The notes below the pieces were generated by a model that was not told where the DNA came from, ran no database searches, and was given only the letters and a program-made list of their open reading frames with translations. A DNA stretch of 64,000 bases from Chloroflexota bacterium (GTDB lineage: Bacteria; Chloroflexota; UBA11872; VXOZ01), in contig OZ219802.1 of the NCBI GenBank assembly GCA_964291655.2, positions 1,696,001 through 1,760,000 on the forward strand. The letters are read 5' to 3'. The translations under genes were made by a program, and so were the position numbers. Positions 38,413 through 48,858 of this stretch are shown piece by piece (position 1 is the stretch's first letter; every line of letters begins with the position of its first letter).

Positions 38413-39048
38413 CTGTTCGACCTTCTTCACGACCTCGTAGACTGGGTACTGGCCTGGGCGGAATCGCCGTATGGTGGGTTAGCGCTCTTTCTGCTGTCGG
38501 CGGCGGAGTCGATCATCTTCCCGGTGCCGCCGGACCCCTTACTGATTGCGTTGGGCGTGGGAAAGCCCAGCTTTGCCCTAGTCTTTGCCGCGATCTGCCT
38601 CCTCGGCTCTCTTGTTGGCGCGAGCTTCGGCTACTTGATCGGCATGTGGGGCGGTCGACCGGTGGTAGACCGCCTCTTTTCGCAAGACAAGATAGCGTTC
38701 GTTGAGCAGAAATACCAGCGCTATGACGTGTGGGCGATCCTCATTGCCGCCCTCACGCCGATTCCCTATAAGGTGTTTACGGTGACGGCGGGCATGTTTC
38801 GGCTGCATTTCGGCCGCTTCATGCTGGCGTCGCTGGTCGGACGGGGGGCACGCTTCTTCGCCGTGGGCTTCTTAATTGCTCTCTTTGGCGAGCCGATTGC
38901 GGCCTTCATCGACCAATATCTTGACATCTTGTTTATAGTCTTTATGATATTGCTTGTCGGCGGATTCTTTGTCATCCGGATTCTGACACGCTTGGGAAAG
39001 CCGCCAGATTCCAGTGAGGTGAAGATTTCGGAAGAGACCGCGCCGTAG
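38413..39048 (+). CDS. YqaA/DedA (VTT domain) membrane protein, probable CTG start
   Basis: In-frame upstream extension of the 38524 ORF (WAESPY..LFLLSAAESIIFPVPPD); TPIPYKVF, GRGARFF; in-frame TAG at 38407. Confidence 0.8.
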   Translation: MFDLLHDLVDWVLAWAESPYGGLALFLLSAAESIIFPVPPDPLLIALGVGKPSFALVFAAICLLGSLVGASFGYLIGMWGGRPVVDRLFSQDKIAFVEQKYQRYDVWAILIAALTPIPYKVFTVTAGMFRLHFGRFMLASLVGRGARFFAVGFLIALFGEPIAAFIDQYLDILFIVFMILLVGGFFVIRILTRLGKPPDSSEVKISEETAP

Positions 39049-39288
39049 CTGAGGAACAATAGGCGTCATGCGGCTACGGTTGGGAGTATGATGGTGGTAA
39101 GCGCCGATGTCCTTTCCCAATACCGAACGAGTGGGAAAAAGGTGAAGCAGGGCTTCTCGCCGGAGTCCAGGGCGCGGGAGATGGAGTGATTCCTGCCCCT
39201 TATCAAGTACGAGGCAGGCAATTAGCTGGAAACACTATGGCCTTGCCTAGGCACACAACAGTGTGTAAATGAGAGGGCGACTTCTTGA

Positions 39289-39361
39289 CGTCATTCCCGC
39301 GCACGCGGGAATCCATCATCTCTGCGCACACGCTGGATTCCGGCTTTCGCCGGAATGACGG
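39289..39361. repeat. Inverted pair of CGTC REPs (REPIN-like)
   Basis: CGTCATTCCCGCGCACGCGGGAATCCA ... TGGATTCCGGCTTTCGCCGGAATGACG. Confidence 0.8.
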
Positions 39362-39447
39362 AGGTTTGGCAGTCTATTTTCATGGTGATGACGGAACTGG
39401 ATACCCGCGACGTGACTAACGTGCGATAAGCAACGAGCACTCTTGCC

Positions 39448-39858
39448 ATGCAAAGTTACTATGACGTTCTCGGTGTCGCTGAGGATGCCGAAGCCGACGA
39501 GATCGAAGCGGCGTTTCGGCGCGCTCTCGCGTCCGCGCAGGCGGAAGCAGAAAGTGACGCTACCGCAGACGTGGCCGCGCGCATGCGGACGTTGGCGGAA
39601 GCCTACGAGATCCTGTCTAATCCTACGTACCGGACTGCCTACGACCTCAAGCGAGCGCAGAAGGAGCCGTTTCCGGTACCCAAGCCAATCGCCGGCTCCA
39701 AGCTCTTTCGCGCGCTCAAAGCCAGCGGCTCCACCCTCGTCAAGGATGTGAAGGAACAATACGACAAAGACCCCTCCATCAGAGAAGACTTCGACCGTTC
39801 CATTCAGCTTGGCCGCAAGGTCGCCCGCGCCGCGCGGTTTCTCCGTTTCTTGCGGTAG
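39448..39858 (+). CDS. J-domain-like protein lacking HPD
   Basis: YYDVLGV..A...EI..AFR ... EAYEILSNP..R.AYD. Confidence 0.8.
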   Translation: MQSYYDVLGVAEDAEADEIEAAFRRALASAQAEAESDATADVAARMRTLAEAYEILSNPTYRTAYDLKRAQKEPFPVPKPIAGSKLFRALKASGSTLVKDVKEQYDKDPSIREDFDRSIQLGRKVARAARFLRFLR

Positions 39859-40143
39859 GGGAGCGCAGCTCTCACCTCGTGTAGCTGCACGATCTTCCCA
39901 AATCGCCGCTGCTCCTAGACGGCATACACCCGCACCTACCTAGCCGTGGCTATTCCTACATTCCAATCCTGCCCGGGTCGGTGTAGGACTTTGGCGCCAA
40001 AGAGCGGGAGACAAGCCCCCGCTCACCTGCTGATCAACGAGACTCGTAAATGCACGAGCAACGGAACAGAAGTCGCTTTCAGGTGCTTGGTCGTCCTGCA
40101 ACCCGTACAGAACAAAAAGCGAGAGTGGGTGGCGCTCGCCAGG

Positions 40144-41013
40144 CTACGGGGCGTCTTCAGTGATTTCCGGCGGTCCGTTGCCGTCGCGTATGAGCGCCAT
40201 GAGGTTTTCGGCGGCTTGGGAGACGGTGACCGGCGTCTTGGTGTCTACGCCGCGCTGGCGTAACTCGCCAAACAGTTCGCTCAGGATCGGCGGCGAAACA
40301 TTGGCTTCGCGCAGCATCTCGTCCTGCTCGAAGAGGTCTTCCACGCAGTAGCGGCACACGATGCCGCGCTGGCCGTCCAGCACATAGACACCGTCGGAAA
40401 TCGCCGGGATCAGGTCCAGGTGATGGGTGGAGATGATGAGCGTGGTGCCGCGCTCGCGATTGAGGGTGTTGAGTAGAGCGATGAGGTCGTCACGGGAAGC
40501 GGGATCGAGGCCCTCGAACGGCTCGTCGAGCACCAGCAACTCCGGTTGCATCACCAATGCGCCCGCCAACGCCACGCGGCGCTTTTCGCCGGCCGAGAGG
40601 TAGTGGGGGACTTTGTCCTTGAGGTGCGCAATGCGCAGGGTTTCCATGACGGCGTCCGTGAGGCGCGCGACGTCTTCCGCTGGCATCCCGTAGTTTCGAG
40701 GTGAGAACGAAATATCTTCCCAGACGGTTGGGGCCAGAATCTGGTACTCCACGTTCTGTAAAACTACGCCGATGCGCTGGCGGATTTTGATGAAGTCCCT
40801 GCCGGGATCGTGCCCCAACACCTGCACCACGCCCTCGCTGGGCCGCAGCATGCCGAGCAGCAGAAGGAAGAGGGTGCTCTTGCCCGCGCCGTTCGCGCCC
40901 ACCACCGCCACGCGGTCGCCCGGCCAGATGGCCAGATCGCATCCGGCCAGATCCACTTCCGTGCCGTCGGCATAGGAGTGGCGAAGATTGTGGGTCTTTA
41001 CGAGCGGCTGCAC
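40144..41013 (-). CDS. cbiO: ECF transporter ATPase, CbiO family
   Basis: GANGAGKS, PTVWEDI, PHYLSAGEKRRVALAG, LDEP. Confidence 0.85.
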   Translation of the reverse strand: MQPLVKTHNLRHSYADGTEVDLAGCDLAIWPGDRVAVVGANGAGKSTLFLLLLGMLRPSEGVVQVLGHDPGRDFIKIRQRIGVVLQNVEYQILAPTVWEDISFSPRNYGMPAEDVARLTDAVMETLRIAHLKDKVPHYLSAGEKRRVALAGALVMQPELLVLDEPFEGLDPASRDDLIALLNTLNRERGTTLIISTHHLDLIPAISDGVYVLDGQRGIVCRYCVEDLFEQDEMLREANVSPPILSELFGELRQRGVDTKTPVTVSQAAENLMALIRDGNGPPEITEDAP

Positions 41014-41435
41014 GATGTGTTCTACCTCAATACAATAACCAGCGTTCCTGTCATTATAGTACGTGGAAAACGCGTTTGGAAACGCGACCTACGCGGGAGT
41101 TCTCAGTTCTCTCTGCAATTCTAAGTGGAGTGTCGTGGCAAAGGGACTCCACACCACGGTGCATGCGAGTTCTCCGAACAGGTATTCTGAATTGGAGAAG
41201 CCGTAACAGACCCCTTAGAGGATGTTCCGACTCGCTTAGAGTAACTTCAACACCTCCGGTAGAACATCGCAAGAGCAGCAGGCAATGTACGCACTCCTTG
41301 AAGGACCTTGCGATTGATTAGCCGGTAGCGCTAAGTGACTCCCTCTCCCTGGGGAGAGGGAGTCTATTCGCCTGGTGGCCCGTGTTGTGTGGAGGCCCCC
41401 CGGGATGAATGGGCAGCCGCTTAGGAGGTGAGCGT

Positions 41436-41993
41436 TCAGTTGCGCACAATCACGCCGCACGCTACACGACCGCCGGCCCCGGCATCTTCACCGTACGTAT
41501 CCGGCTTCTCATGGATGATGATTGCTGAGCCGTCCTCGTCGAATAGCGAATGGGCGAGGCCCGCCGTCAGGGTCACGTCGCTCGTGAAGACATCAACGCG
41601 CGCCGTGCCGTCGGCTGCCGCGTAGATGTTTGGCAAGTCACCGGCGTGGAAGCCGCCTTCATGCGCGTAGCCGTGGCCACGTCCTTTGGGCGTGAAGTGA
41701 TCACCGGCCGCCGCGAAATCGGGCGTGCAGCTACCCGTCTCATGGATGTGGAAGCCGTGGCCGCCCGGCGTCAAACCGCGTACGTCTGCCGCGATGATTA
41801 CGCCATGCGGCCCCTGGGTCAGCGATACCGTGCCCATTGCGGTACCGTCCGGCGCAGCCATCTGTGCCGTGGCCGTCGCGCCCACCGCCAGCGGTGCGGC
41901 CGGTACTTCCCGAACTTGCACCGCACAACCGGCTAAGACGAGCAGCGCCGCGACGGCGAATAGTAGAAGTATGGCCCTTACAAAGTGACGCAT
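41436..41993 (-). CDS. sodC: Cu/Zn superoxide dismutase, lipoprotein
   Basis: LAGC lipobox, HGFHIH, HAGDLPN, IIIHE, GGRVACG. Confidence 0.92.
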   Translation of the reverse strand: MRHFVRAILLLFAVAALLVLAGCAVQVREVPAAPLAVGATATAQMAAPDGTAMGTVSLTQGPHGVIIAADVRGLTPGGHGFHIHETGSCTPDFAAAGDHFTPKGRGHGYAHEGGFHAGDLPNIYAAADGTARVDVFTSDVTLTAGLAHSLFDEDGSAIIIHEKPDTYGEDAGAGGRVACGVIVRN

Positions 41994-42235
41994 TGTCCTC
42001 TCCTTTCAAACATTGCACACGCCGGTACCTATGATACAAGATAGAGTGTGAAGCAATCCTGCCAGCTTCGCATATGTCCAAACACGAGAAGCGCCTTTGC
42101 CGGGATCAGTTGCAGGTGTGGGCCGGTGCCGGAGATACAGGAGCGGGCGCAAGTTTCCAACCTGCGCTACCGGCGCGTCTACCCCTCATTACCGGCTCGT
42201 CGGGCCACCTTTGACAAAAAGGGACGCCACAATAC

Positions 42236-43567
42236 ATGACACAGAGCAGAGTCCAGCGATCCCTCGACCTCTACCAAAAGGCGGAGCAGCTTATCCCCGG
42301 TAGGACGCAACTCATCAGCCGCCGGGCGAGTAGCTTTGCCCACCCCATCAGCCCGATCTATGCCGCTCACGCTAAGGGCTCGCGTTTCACGGACGTTGAC
42401 GGCAACGAGTACATCGACTGGGTAAACGCCGTGACGGCCATCATCCTCGGTCACGCCGACGACGTGGTGGACTCCGCCGTGAAGGCGCAGATCGACAAAG
42501 GCAGCCTCTATAGCCTGAACAGCCCCCTGGAAGTGGAGCTAGCGGAGATCCTGGTGGACACCATCCCCAGCGCGGAGATGGTGCGCTACACCAAGGGCGG
42601 CGGCGAGGCGTGCGCCGTAGCCGTCCGCATTGCCCGCGGCACTACCGGCAAAGACAAGATTCTCTTCTCCGGTTATCACGGCTGGCACGACTGGTACCAA
42701 TCGGCCAACTACCTCGCCGATCCGGCAACCGATGAATTCCCCTTCGCGGGCATCGAGCCCATCGGCGTGCCCCGGGCGCTGGCAGGCACCGCGGTCCCCT
42801 TCACCTATGGCGATCTTGCGAGCCTGCAAAGTGCCTTTGCGGAACACACAGGCGAGGTAGCGGCGGTAATGATGGAAGCGATGCGCTCCGAGCCGCCGGA
42901 ACCGGGCTATCTGGAAGCGGTCAAGTCCATGTGTCACGCCAACGACGCGCTCTTCATTCTCGACGAAGTGTCATCAGGCTGGCGCTTGTCCCTTGGCGGC
43001 GCGCAGGAGTGGCTCGGTGTCACGCCCGATATGGCCACCTTTGCCAAGTCCATGTCGAACGGCTACGCCATGGGCTGCGTAGTGGGTTCCCGCGCGGCGA
43101 TGGAACCCGCCGGTCGCATGTTCGTTTCAAGTTCGTACTGGAGCGAGCCCGTGGGTCTCGCGGCGTCGATTGCGACCATCGGCGAGCTCAAGCGGCGCGA
43201 CGGGCCCGCGCGCTTCAAGGAAATCGGCGAGAAGGTGCGGGCGGCGCTGCAGGACGCCATAGCATCGGTGGGCATTGCGGCTTCCGTAACCGGCGTCCAC
43301 ACGCTGCCGACGCTGGTATTCGACCTGCCGGATACCGACTTGAAGAAGCCGGTTGAGACGCTCTTCATCCAGGAAATGGTGAAGCGCGGCATCTTTTGTC
43401 CGATGACGTTCACGGCCACACTGGCGCACACTGAAGAGGACATTGCACGGACTGCCGCGGCCGCGGCGGAGTCTTTGGAGATCGTGAAACATGCACTCGC
43501 CGGGGAGCTAGACACGCTGCTGGAAGCCGAGACGAAACGGGAGCCGTTTCGCCGTCTCGTGCGGTAA
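42236..43567 (+). CDS. Class III aminotransferase (GSA-aminomutase-like)
   Basis: DVDGNEYID, GYHGWHDW, ILDEV..GWR, FAKSMSNG. Confidence 0.85.
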   Translation: MTQSRVQRSLDLYQKAEQLIPGRTQLISRRASSFAHPISPIYAAHAKGSRFTDVDGNEYIDWVNAVTAIILGHADDVVDSAVKAQIDKGSLYSLNSPLEVELAEILVDTIPSAEMVRYTKGGGEACAVAVRIARGTTGKDKILFSGYHGWHDWYQSANYLADPATDEFPFAGIEPIGVPRALAGTAVPFTYGDLASLQSAFAEHTGEVAAVMMEAMRSEPPEPGYLEAVKSMCHANDALFILDEVSSGWRLSLGGAQEWLGVTPDMATFAKSMSNGYAMGCVVGSRAAMEPAGRMFVSSSYWSEPVGLAASIATIGELKRRDGPARFKEIGEKVRAALQDAIASVGIAASVTGVHTLPTLVFDLPDTDLKKPVETLFIQEMVKRGIFCPMTFTATLAHTEEDIARTAAAAAESLEIVKHALAGELDTLLEAETKREPFRRLVR

Positions 43568-43670
43568 AGCCCAGAGCTAAGGTTCTGAGCGGACGGGCAT
43601 GCGGCGCGGCTCCTCATGCGCAGGAGCGCAAGTTCGCCCTTAATTCTAGAAAGAGGAGTCACGCGGCGGC

Positions 43671-44606
43671 ATGGAAGCGGGCCGGATTAGTCTTTCGGTA
43701 ATCGTCGTCTCGTACAACACGCGGGAACTCTTAGCGCGTTGCCTCGCGTCCATTGCCGCGGAGCCGCGACCACCTGATGAGGTTATTGTGGTGGACAATG
43801 CGTCCGCCGACGACAGCGTGGCAATGGTGCGCGAGCAATTTCCCCACGTCCAGGTGATTGCCAATGCGGAGAACCGGGGCTTTGCTGCAGCGACCAACCA
43901 GGGCTTGCAGGCCGCGACCGGCGACTTTCTCTGCCTGCTCAACCCGGACACTGAGCTCTTCCCCGGCGCTCTGTCTGCGCTCGCTTCCTACCTTGCAGCG
44001 CACCCGGAGGTTGGCGTGGCGGGGCCGACGTTGCTCAACTCCGACGGCACCTATCAACACGCAGCCTTCCGCTTTCCCACACTGCCTATGGCGTTAATTG
44101 ACTTCTTTCCCCTCAACCATCGCCTGCTAAACTCGCGTTTGAACGGGCGGTACCCGTTCAGGCTCTACGAGCACCCGTTCGCTATGGACCATCCCCTCGG
44201 GGCATGCATGATGGTGCGGCGCGAGGCGTGCGCCGACGTGGGCCTGCTGGATGAACGGTTCTTCATGTACTGCGAGGAGATCGACTGGTGCCGCCGCATC
44301 AAGCGGGCGGATTGGGAAGTCATGCACGTGCCCGGCGCGCGCGTAGTGCACCACGGCGGTCAGAGCACCAAGCAGACCGCCGGACGCATGTTCGTGGAGT
44401 TGCATCGCAGCCGCTTCCGTCTCTTCGCCAAGCACCATGGGAGGGGCTATCAATGGGCAGCCCGAGCAATCGTGACGGTCGGCATGCTATGGCAACTCAT
44501 CGGCCTGCTGCCGCAAAGGGCGCGTCACTTCCGCGACCAATTCCTCCAAGATCGCTGGCGAAGCCGCCTGCAGGTACTGGCGCTCGCGCTCAAGGGCGAA
44601 AACTAG
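43671..44606 (+). CDS. GT2 glycosyltransferase
   Basis: IVVSYN, VVDNAS.D, LLNPD, GACMMVR, FFMYCEEID. Confidence 0.9.
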   Translation: MEAGRISLSVIVVSYNTRELLARCLASIAAEPRPPDEVIVVDNASADDSVAMVREQFPHVQVIANAENRGFAAATNQGLQAATGDFLCLLNPDTELFPGALSALASYLAAHPEVGVAGPTLLNSDGTYQHAAFRFPTLPMALIDFFPLNHRLLNSRLNGRYPFRLYEHPFAMDHPLGACMMVRREACADVGLLDERFFMYCEEIDWCRRIKRADWEVMHVPGARVVHHGGQSTKQTAGRMFVELHRSRFRLFAKHHGRGYQWAARAIVTVGMLWQLIGLLPQRARHFRDQFLQDRWRSRLQVLALALKGEN

Positions 44607-44609
44607 CCG

Positions 44610-46535
44610 ATGCCACGCTCCCTAGGGACTGCGATGAGCACACTTCCCTATGCGTCCGCGACAGAGCCTACCGTACGCGCGATTCAAGGCAAGAAGCCGC
44701 CCGCAATGGGTTGTTCCGGCACAGAAGCAGTTCCATCTCCTTCCTGTCATTCGCCTGATAGCGGGAACCCATCTTCTGCAAGACCACGCACCGGCATCAC
44801 GGCCGTGGTACTTACCCGCAACGTGGAGTCCGTTATAGATGCGTGCCTTACTTGCCTAGTCTGGGCCGAAAACATCATAGTGGTGGATGATTTCAGCAAT
44901 GACAACACGCGCGCCATTTGCGAAAGAGCCGGCGCCCGCGTGTTTGAGCGCACCCTTGAGAGCTTTGCCGCGCAGCGCAACTTCGCGCTGACTCACGTGC
45001 AGACGCCGTGGGTGCTCTTTGTTGATTCAGACGAGCACGTCTCCCCCGCGCTGGCAACAGAAATCCAAGAAGCGGTGCGCGACGAGACCGTCGCAGGCTA
45101 CTGGATCCCGCGCAAAAACCTCTTCAACGGACGCTGGGTCAGACATGCGGGGTGGGGCCCTGACTATCAGCTCCGGCTGTTTCGCGTCGCGCAAGGACGC
45201 TATGATCCAACCCGCTTTGCTCACGAAACCGTGGTGCTCGACGGTCCTGACAAGCGCCTGACAGAACTCCTCACACATTACAATTACTCCTCAGTACGGC
45301 AATTCATCGCCAAGCAGCGGCGTTATGCGCAATTGGAAGCGCGCAGACTCTGGCTCGATGGGCAACGGGTGCGTTGGCGCAACTATATTCTGCAACCCTT
45401 GCGGGCGTTTAATCGTCGTTACTTTACGTGGCGAGGCTATGCCGATGGTTGGCTGGGGCTCGCGCTGAGCGCGGCGATGGTCTATTTTGAATGGCGCACG
45501 TATCGAAACCTCGCCGCTTTGGAACGGGACCCCACAACGCGGGTGTGGCAGGAATTTCGCGCCCTACCGGCGGCAACGTGCGATGTATCCGTAGTGATCG
45601 TCTCGTATAATGTGGCCGACTTGCTCGCAAGTTCCATCGCATCGGTTTTGGCCGACATGGAGCGCGCCGGCATCGATGGCGAAGCAATCGTAGTGGACAA
45701 TGCCTCACAGGATGATAGTGTGGCAACGGTAAGCGCGAGATTCCCCAACGTGCGCCTGATCGAAAACTCTACGAATGTGGGGTTCGGGTGCGCGGCAAAC
45801 CAGGGGATGCTCGCTGCCAGAGGTGAAATGGTGGTCGTCCTGAATCCCGATGCGAGCGTTCAGCACGGTTTCTTCGCAGCAGTCCGAGACCATCTGGCAC
45901 AGGAGCAGCATGTCGGGCTGTTGGGCCCACATATTGTCCAAGCAGATGGTACCACCCAGTCGACCTGCCGCCGATCTTATTCGCTTGTCACCGCACTCCT
46001 GGAAAGCACGCCGCTCCAGTGGTGGTTCGGCGAGTCACCCGCTCTCCAACGCTTTTACTGCCGTGACTTGGACGAGACCCAAGCGGCCAAGGTTGATTGG
46101 GTGGTGGGCGCTTGCCTCGTCGTGCGGCGGGAGGTGCTGAAAGCAGTAGGCGGCTTCGATCCACGCTTCTTCATGTACTTCGAAGAGACCGATTGGTGCC
46201 GCCGGATTAGAGAAGCGGGTTGGGACGTGGGCTATTTTCCCGGAGCGCACGCACTGCACCACGAGAGCCAGAGCGCCGACCAGGACCTCATAGCCCGCGC
46301 CCTGAATTTCCACCGCAGTCGTCATATGTTCGTAGCAAAAGAGCGCGGCCGCTTGGTTGCATTGCTATTGCGGGCCGTCATAGGAATCTTGTATGCCGTC
46401 TACACCGTCCAGCAGGCCGCGAAGGTGCCAATAAAACGATACAACCGAGAACTACGCAAGAACGTCGCCGTGCTCGCACACGTGACACTGTGGTACCTTA
46501 CCGGCATTTCCGGAGGGGGTAGACGTCACGCATAA
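44610..46535 (+). CDS. Two-domain GT2 glycosyltransferase
   Basis: VVDDFS.D/FAAQRN/VDSDE domain followed by IVSYN/LNPD/FFMYFEETD domain; start uncertain. Confidence 0.88.
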   Translation: MPRSLGTAMSTLPYASATEPTVRAIQGKKPPAMGCSGTEAVPSPSCHSPDSGNPSSARPRTGITAVVLTRNVESVIDACLTCLVWAENIIVVDDFSNDNTRAICERAGARVFERTLESFAAQRNFALTHVQTPWVLFVDSDEHVSPALATEIQEAVRDETVAGYWIPRKNLFNGRWVRHAGWGPDYQLRLFRVAQGRYDPTRFAHETVVLDGPDKRLTELLTHYNYSSVRQFIAKQRRYAQLEARRLWLDGQRVRWRNYILQPLRAFNRRYFTWRGYADGWLGLALSAAMVYFEWRTYRNLAALERDPTTRVWQEFRALPAATCDVSVVIVSYNVADLLASSIASVLADMERAGIDGEAIVVDNASQDDSVATVSARFPNVRLIENSTNVGFGCAANQGMLAARGEMVVVLNPDASVQHGFFAAVRDHLAQEQHVGLLGPHIVQADGTTQSTCRRSYSLVTALLESTPLQWWFGESPALQRFYCRDLDETQAAKVDWVVGACLVVRREVLKAVGGFDPRFFMYFEETDWCRRIREAGWDVGYFPGAHALHHESQSADQDLIARALNFHRSRHMFVAKERGRLVALLLRAVIGILYAVYTVQQAAKVPIKRYNRELRKNVAVLAHVTLWYLTGISGGGRRHA

Positions 46536-46648
46536 TGCAGGTGCGCACTCCGCTTGCGCGGGGCATTGGCAGTTTACGCTGCGGCCCTCGTGCCGCGTTA
46601 GATCGTGTCCGTCAAAGTGGTTAGTCTTGAGCCCGAGCTTTTCCCTGG

Positions 46649-46880
46649 GAGACCCTTGCGAAACTTGAGCGGTAGCGCGAGCGCTTCCTCTCCCTCGACG
46701 GAAGAGGGCTTGGGTGATGGTAAGTCTCCTTAAGTCTCTCGATACGCACACCGAATCTGCCCTGATATGTCCTGACACTGCCCAGTGTAAAGGGCCATTG
46801 CAGCAAAAGGCCCCCTCACCCCGTCCCTCTCCCCCAGGAGAGAGGTTTTCTCGCCTGCAGATGAGTTTCGCAGAGGTCTC
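46649..46880. mobile_element. GAGACC-ended MITE-like shell (copy C, inverted)
   Basis: Reverse-complement homologue of 2268-2501. Confidence 0.75.
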
Positions 46881-47069
46881 CAGCGGGAGAATGGGACTTT
46901 CTTGCCTTGGCAATGGTTATGCGGAGATATCCGACCGGGAGAATGCAAGAGCCTGCCCTGTTGTACGATACGGAGGCGAGAGTGCACCACCGGCACACGG
47001 TCAAGTTGACTGAGCAAACGACCAAGTAGACGCTGTCCGCGGCAAGCAAGTTCCAATTGCGATTACTCT

Positions 47070-48278
47070 ATGCGCATTCTCTTTGTCACAGGCGAATACC
47101 CTCCCCTACAGGGCGGCATTGCCGACTACACGGCGGCGCTGCGGGCGGAACTCCGCGCGCTGGACGTCACCAGCGAGGTGCTGACCGACTCCGCTTGCGC
47201 CAGTACGGAGCCTACCGTGCATCCCGTAGTGAGCACATGGAGCTTTCCCTTCTGGAGTATCGCCCAACAGATCATCAGCGAACGCCAGATTGACGTGGTG
47301 CACATTCAGTACCAGACCGCGGCCTTCGACCTGAATCCTGCCATCAACCTGTTGCCGTGGTATCTGCGGCGGCGCACGCCGCGCCCGGCCATAGTCACCA
47401 CGTTCCACGACCTTCATGAACCCTATCTCTTTCCAAAAGCGGGCCCCGTCCGCCGCTGGGTGACCCGCATGCTCGGTCGTCACAGCGACTCACTCATTTT
47501 CACAACGCAAGTTGACCGTGAAGCGTGGGGCGCAGCGGGGGGTGCGGGCGAGCCTCTTGCGCAGAAGACGCCAACCCACCAGATCGACATCGGGGCAAAC
47601 ATTGCCGAAGTCCCCATCACCGCGGAGCGGCGGCAAGCGCTCCGTGCCGAGTGCGGTGTCAAGCCCGATGCTTTCCTGGTGGGTTTCTTCGGCTTCGTTA
47701 ACCACACCAAAGGGCTCGATACGCTCTTTAGGGCGGTGCGCTTGCTGCGCGACCGGCAGATTCCTGTGCAAGTGCTCATCGTTGGCGGCAGCCTGGGCGA
47801 CAGCGATCCGACCAATGCCGTCTACAAGGAGCACTTGGAGCGCATAATTCGCAGGCTGGACTTGGACATGGGAGATATTCTGCTCAGCACAGGCTACTTG
47901 GAAGCAGCGGATGCGTCGCGTGCGCTGGCCACCTGCGACGCGTTGGCCCTGCCCTTCACGGACGGGGTATCCTTGCGCCGCGGAAGCCTGCTGGCGGCGC
48001 TTGACCATGGCCTGCCGGTGGTGAGCACCCATCCCAAACCACCGTCGCCGGAGATACAAGAGAGCGGAGCCATGTTGCTCGTGCCTGCCGACGACCCACC
48101 GGCCCTCAGTGACGCGCTCCACCGCCTCTACGAAAACCCAGCGCTGGGCGAGACCCTAGCCGCCGCCGCCCGGCAGTTTGCCCAACGCTTCTCATGGCAC
48201 CGCATCGCCGAACACAACCTGGCTGTGTACACCGCGGCCTGCAAACGCAGAACGCGTGTCATAGGCAAAACCAAATGA
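47070..48278 (+). CDS. GT4 glycosyltransferase
   Basis: EYPP..GGIADY, FFGF...KG, GLPVV, FSW. Confidence 0.88.
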   Translation: MRILFVTGEYPPLQGGIADYTAALRAELRALDVTSEVLTDSACASTEPTVHPVVSTWSFPFWSIAQQIISERQIDVVHIQYQTAAFDLNPAINLLPWYLRRRTPRPAIVTTFHDLHEPYLFPKAGPVRRWVTRMLGRHSDSLIFTTQVDREAWGAAGGAGEPLAQKTPTHQIDIGANIAEVPITAERRQALRAECGVKPDAFLVGFFGFVNHTKGLDTLFRAVRLLRDRQIPVQVLIVGGSLGDSDPTNAVYKEHLERIIRRLDLDMGDILLSTGYLEAADASRALATCDALALPFTDGVSLRRGSLLAALDHGLPVVSTHPKPPSPEIQESGAMLLVPADDPPALSDALHRLYENPALGETLAAAARQFAQRFSWHRIAEHNLAVYTAACKRRTRVIGKTK

Positions 48279-48279
48279 A

Positions 48280-48858
48280 CTAAACCGTGGCGCGTCTCAT
48301 TCTTCGGCGAGCTTGGTTCTGCCTCAAAACACCTGTCACATTTAATCTGTAACGCACCATTTTTTCGCTTACGCTACACTTCTTTGCGATTTCGGCAGGG
48401 CTCGAATTCTTACGGACTTCTGCCAAGAGCAACGCCCGGGGTAACAGAAGGCATCCCGACAACCATGCAGCTTCCTCCTCCTGAATTGCGTCACACGTTA
48501 GAAAGGTAAGGTCGCCGAGCCTCTCAATCCGGCTTAACTTGTGGTTGAGGAGGATGTGAGCAAGTTCATGCGCTAGATCGCTGTTTCGGCGTGACTTGGC
48601 AGACAGTGGATTGTACACAACCACGACGCGATTAGAGGTAGGCCGAAGCGTGCATGCTGAAAAGGCTCCTGGTTGAATCCTGTCAAGTTCGTCAAATCGG
48701 TGGCGTGGGATCAAGGCATCGCCAGCCAATATCTCAACACTTAAGAATTTTGCGAGCGACTGGGGTGAAACAACTTGAGCAGCAGTCAGACCTAGTTCTA
48801 CTCGAACGCCTGCAGCGATCCTTTCCGCCTCTGATTTAAAGCCTCTGCGGAGAGTCAT
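48280..48858 (-). CDS. ImmA/IrrE (CapP-like) Zn metallopeptidase
   Basis: R.NSDLAHELAH HExxH, QEEEA..L...LLLP, C-terminal HTH. Confidence 0.9.
   Translation of the reverse strand: MTLRRGFKSEAERIAAGVRVELGLTAAQVVSPQSLAKFLSVEILAGDALIPRHRFDELDRIQPGAFSACTLRPTSNRVVVVYNPLSAKSRRNSDLAHELAHILLNHKLSRIERLGDLTFLTCDAIQEEEAAWLSGCLLLPRALLLAEVRKNSSPAEIAKKCSVSEKMVRYRLNVTGVLRQNQARRRMRRATV

Noticed and set aside
41060-41335. Structured ncRNA (OMEGA/HEARO-like) between cbiO and sodC
   Set aside because: Some hairpins, but no recognisable consensus and no IscB/TnpB gene nearby
42236-43567. Calling this gene hemL
   Set aside because: The YHGWHDW-type motif and glycosyltransferase context suggest a GSA-like paralogue of unknown substrate
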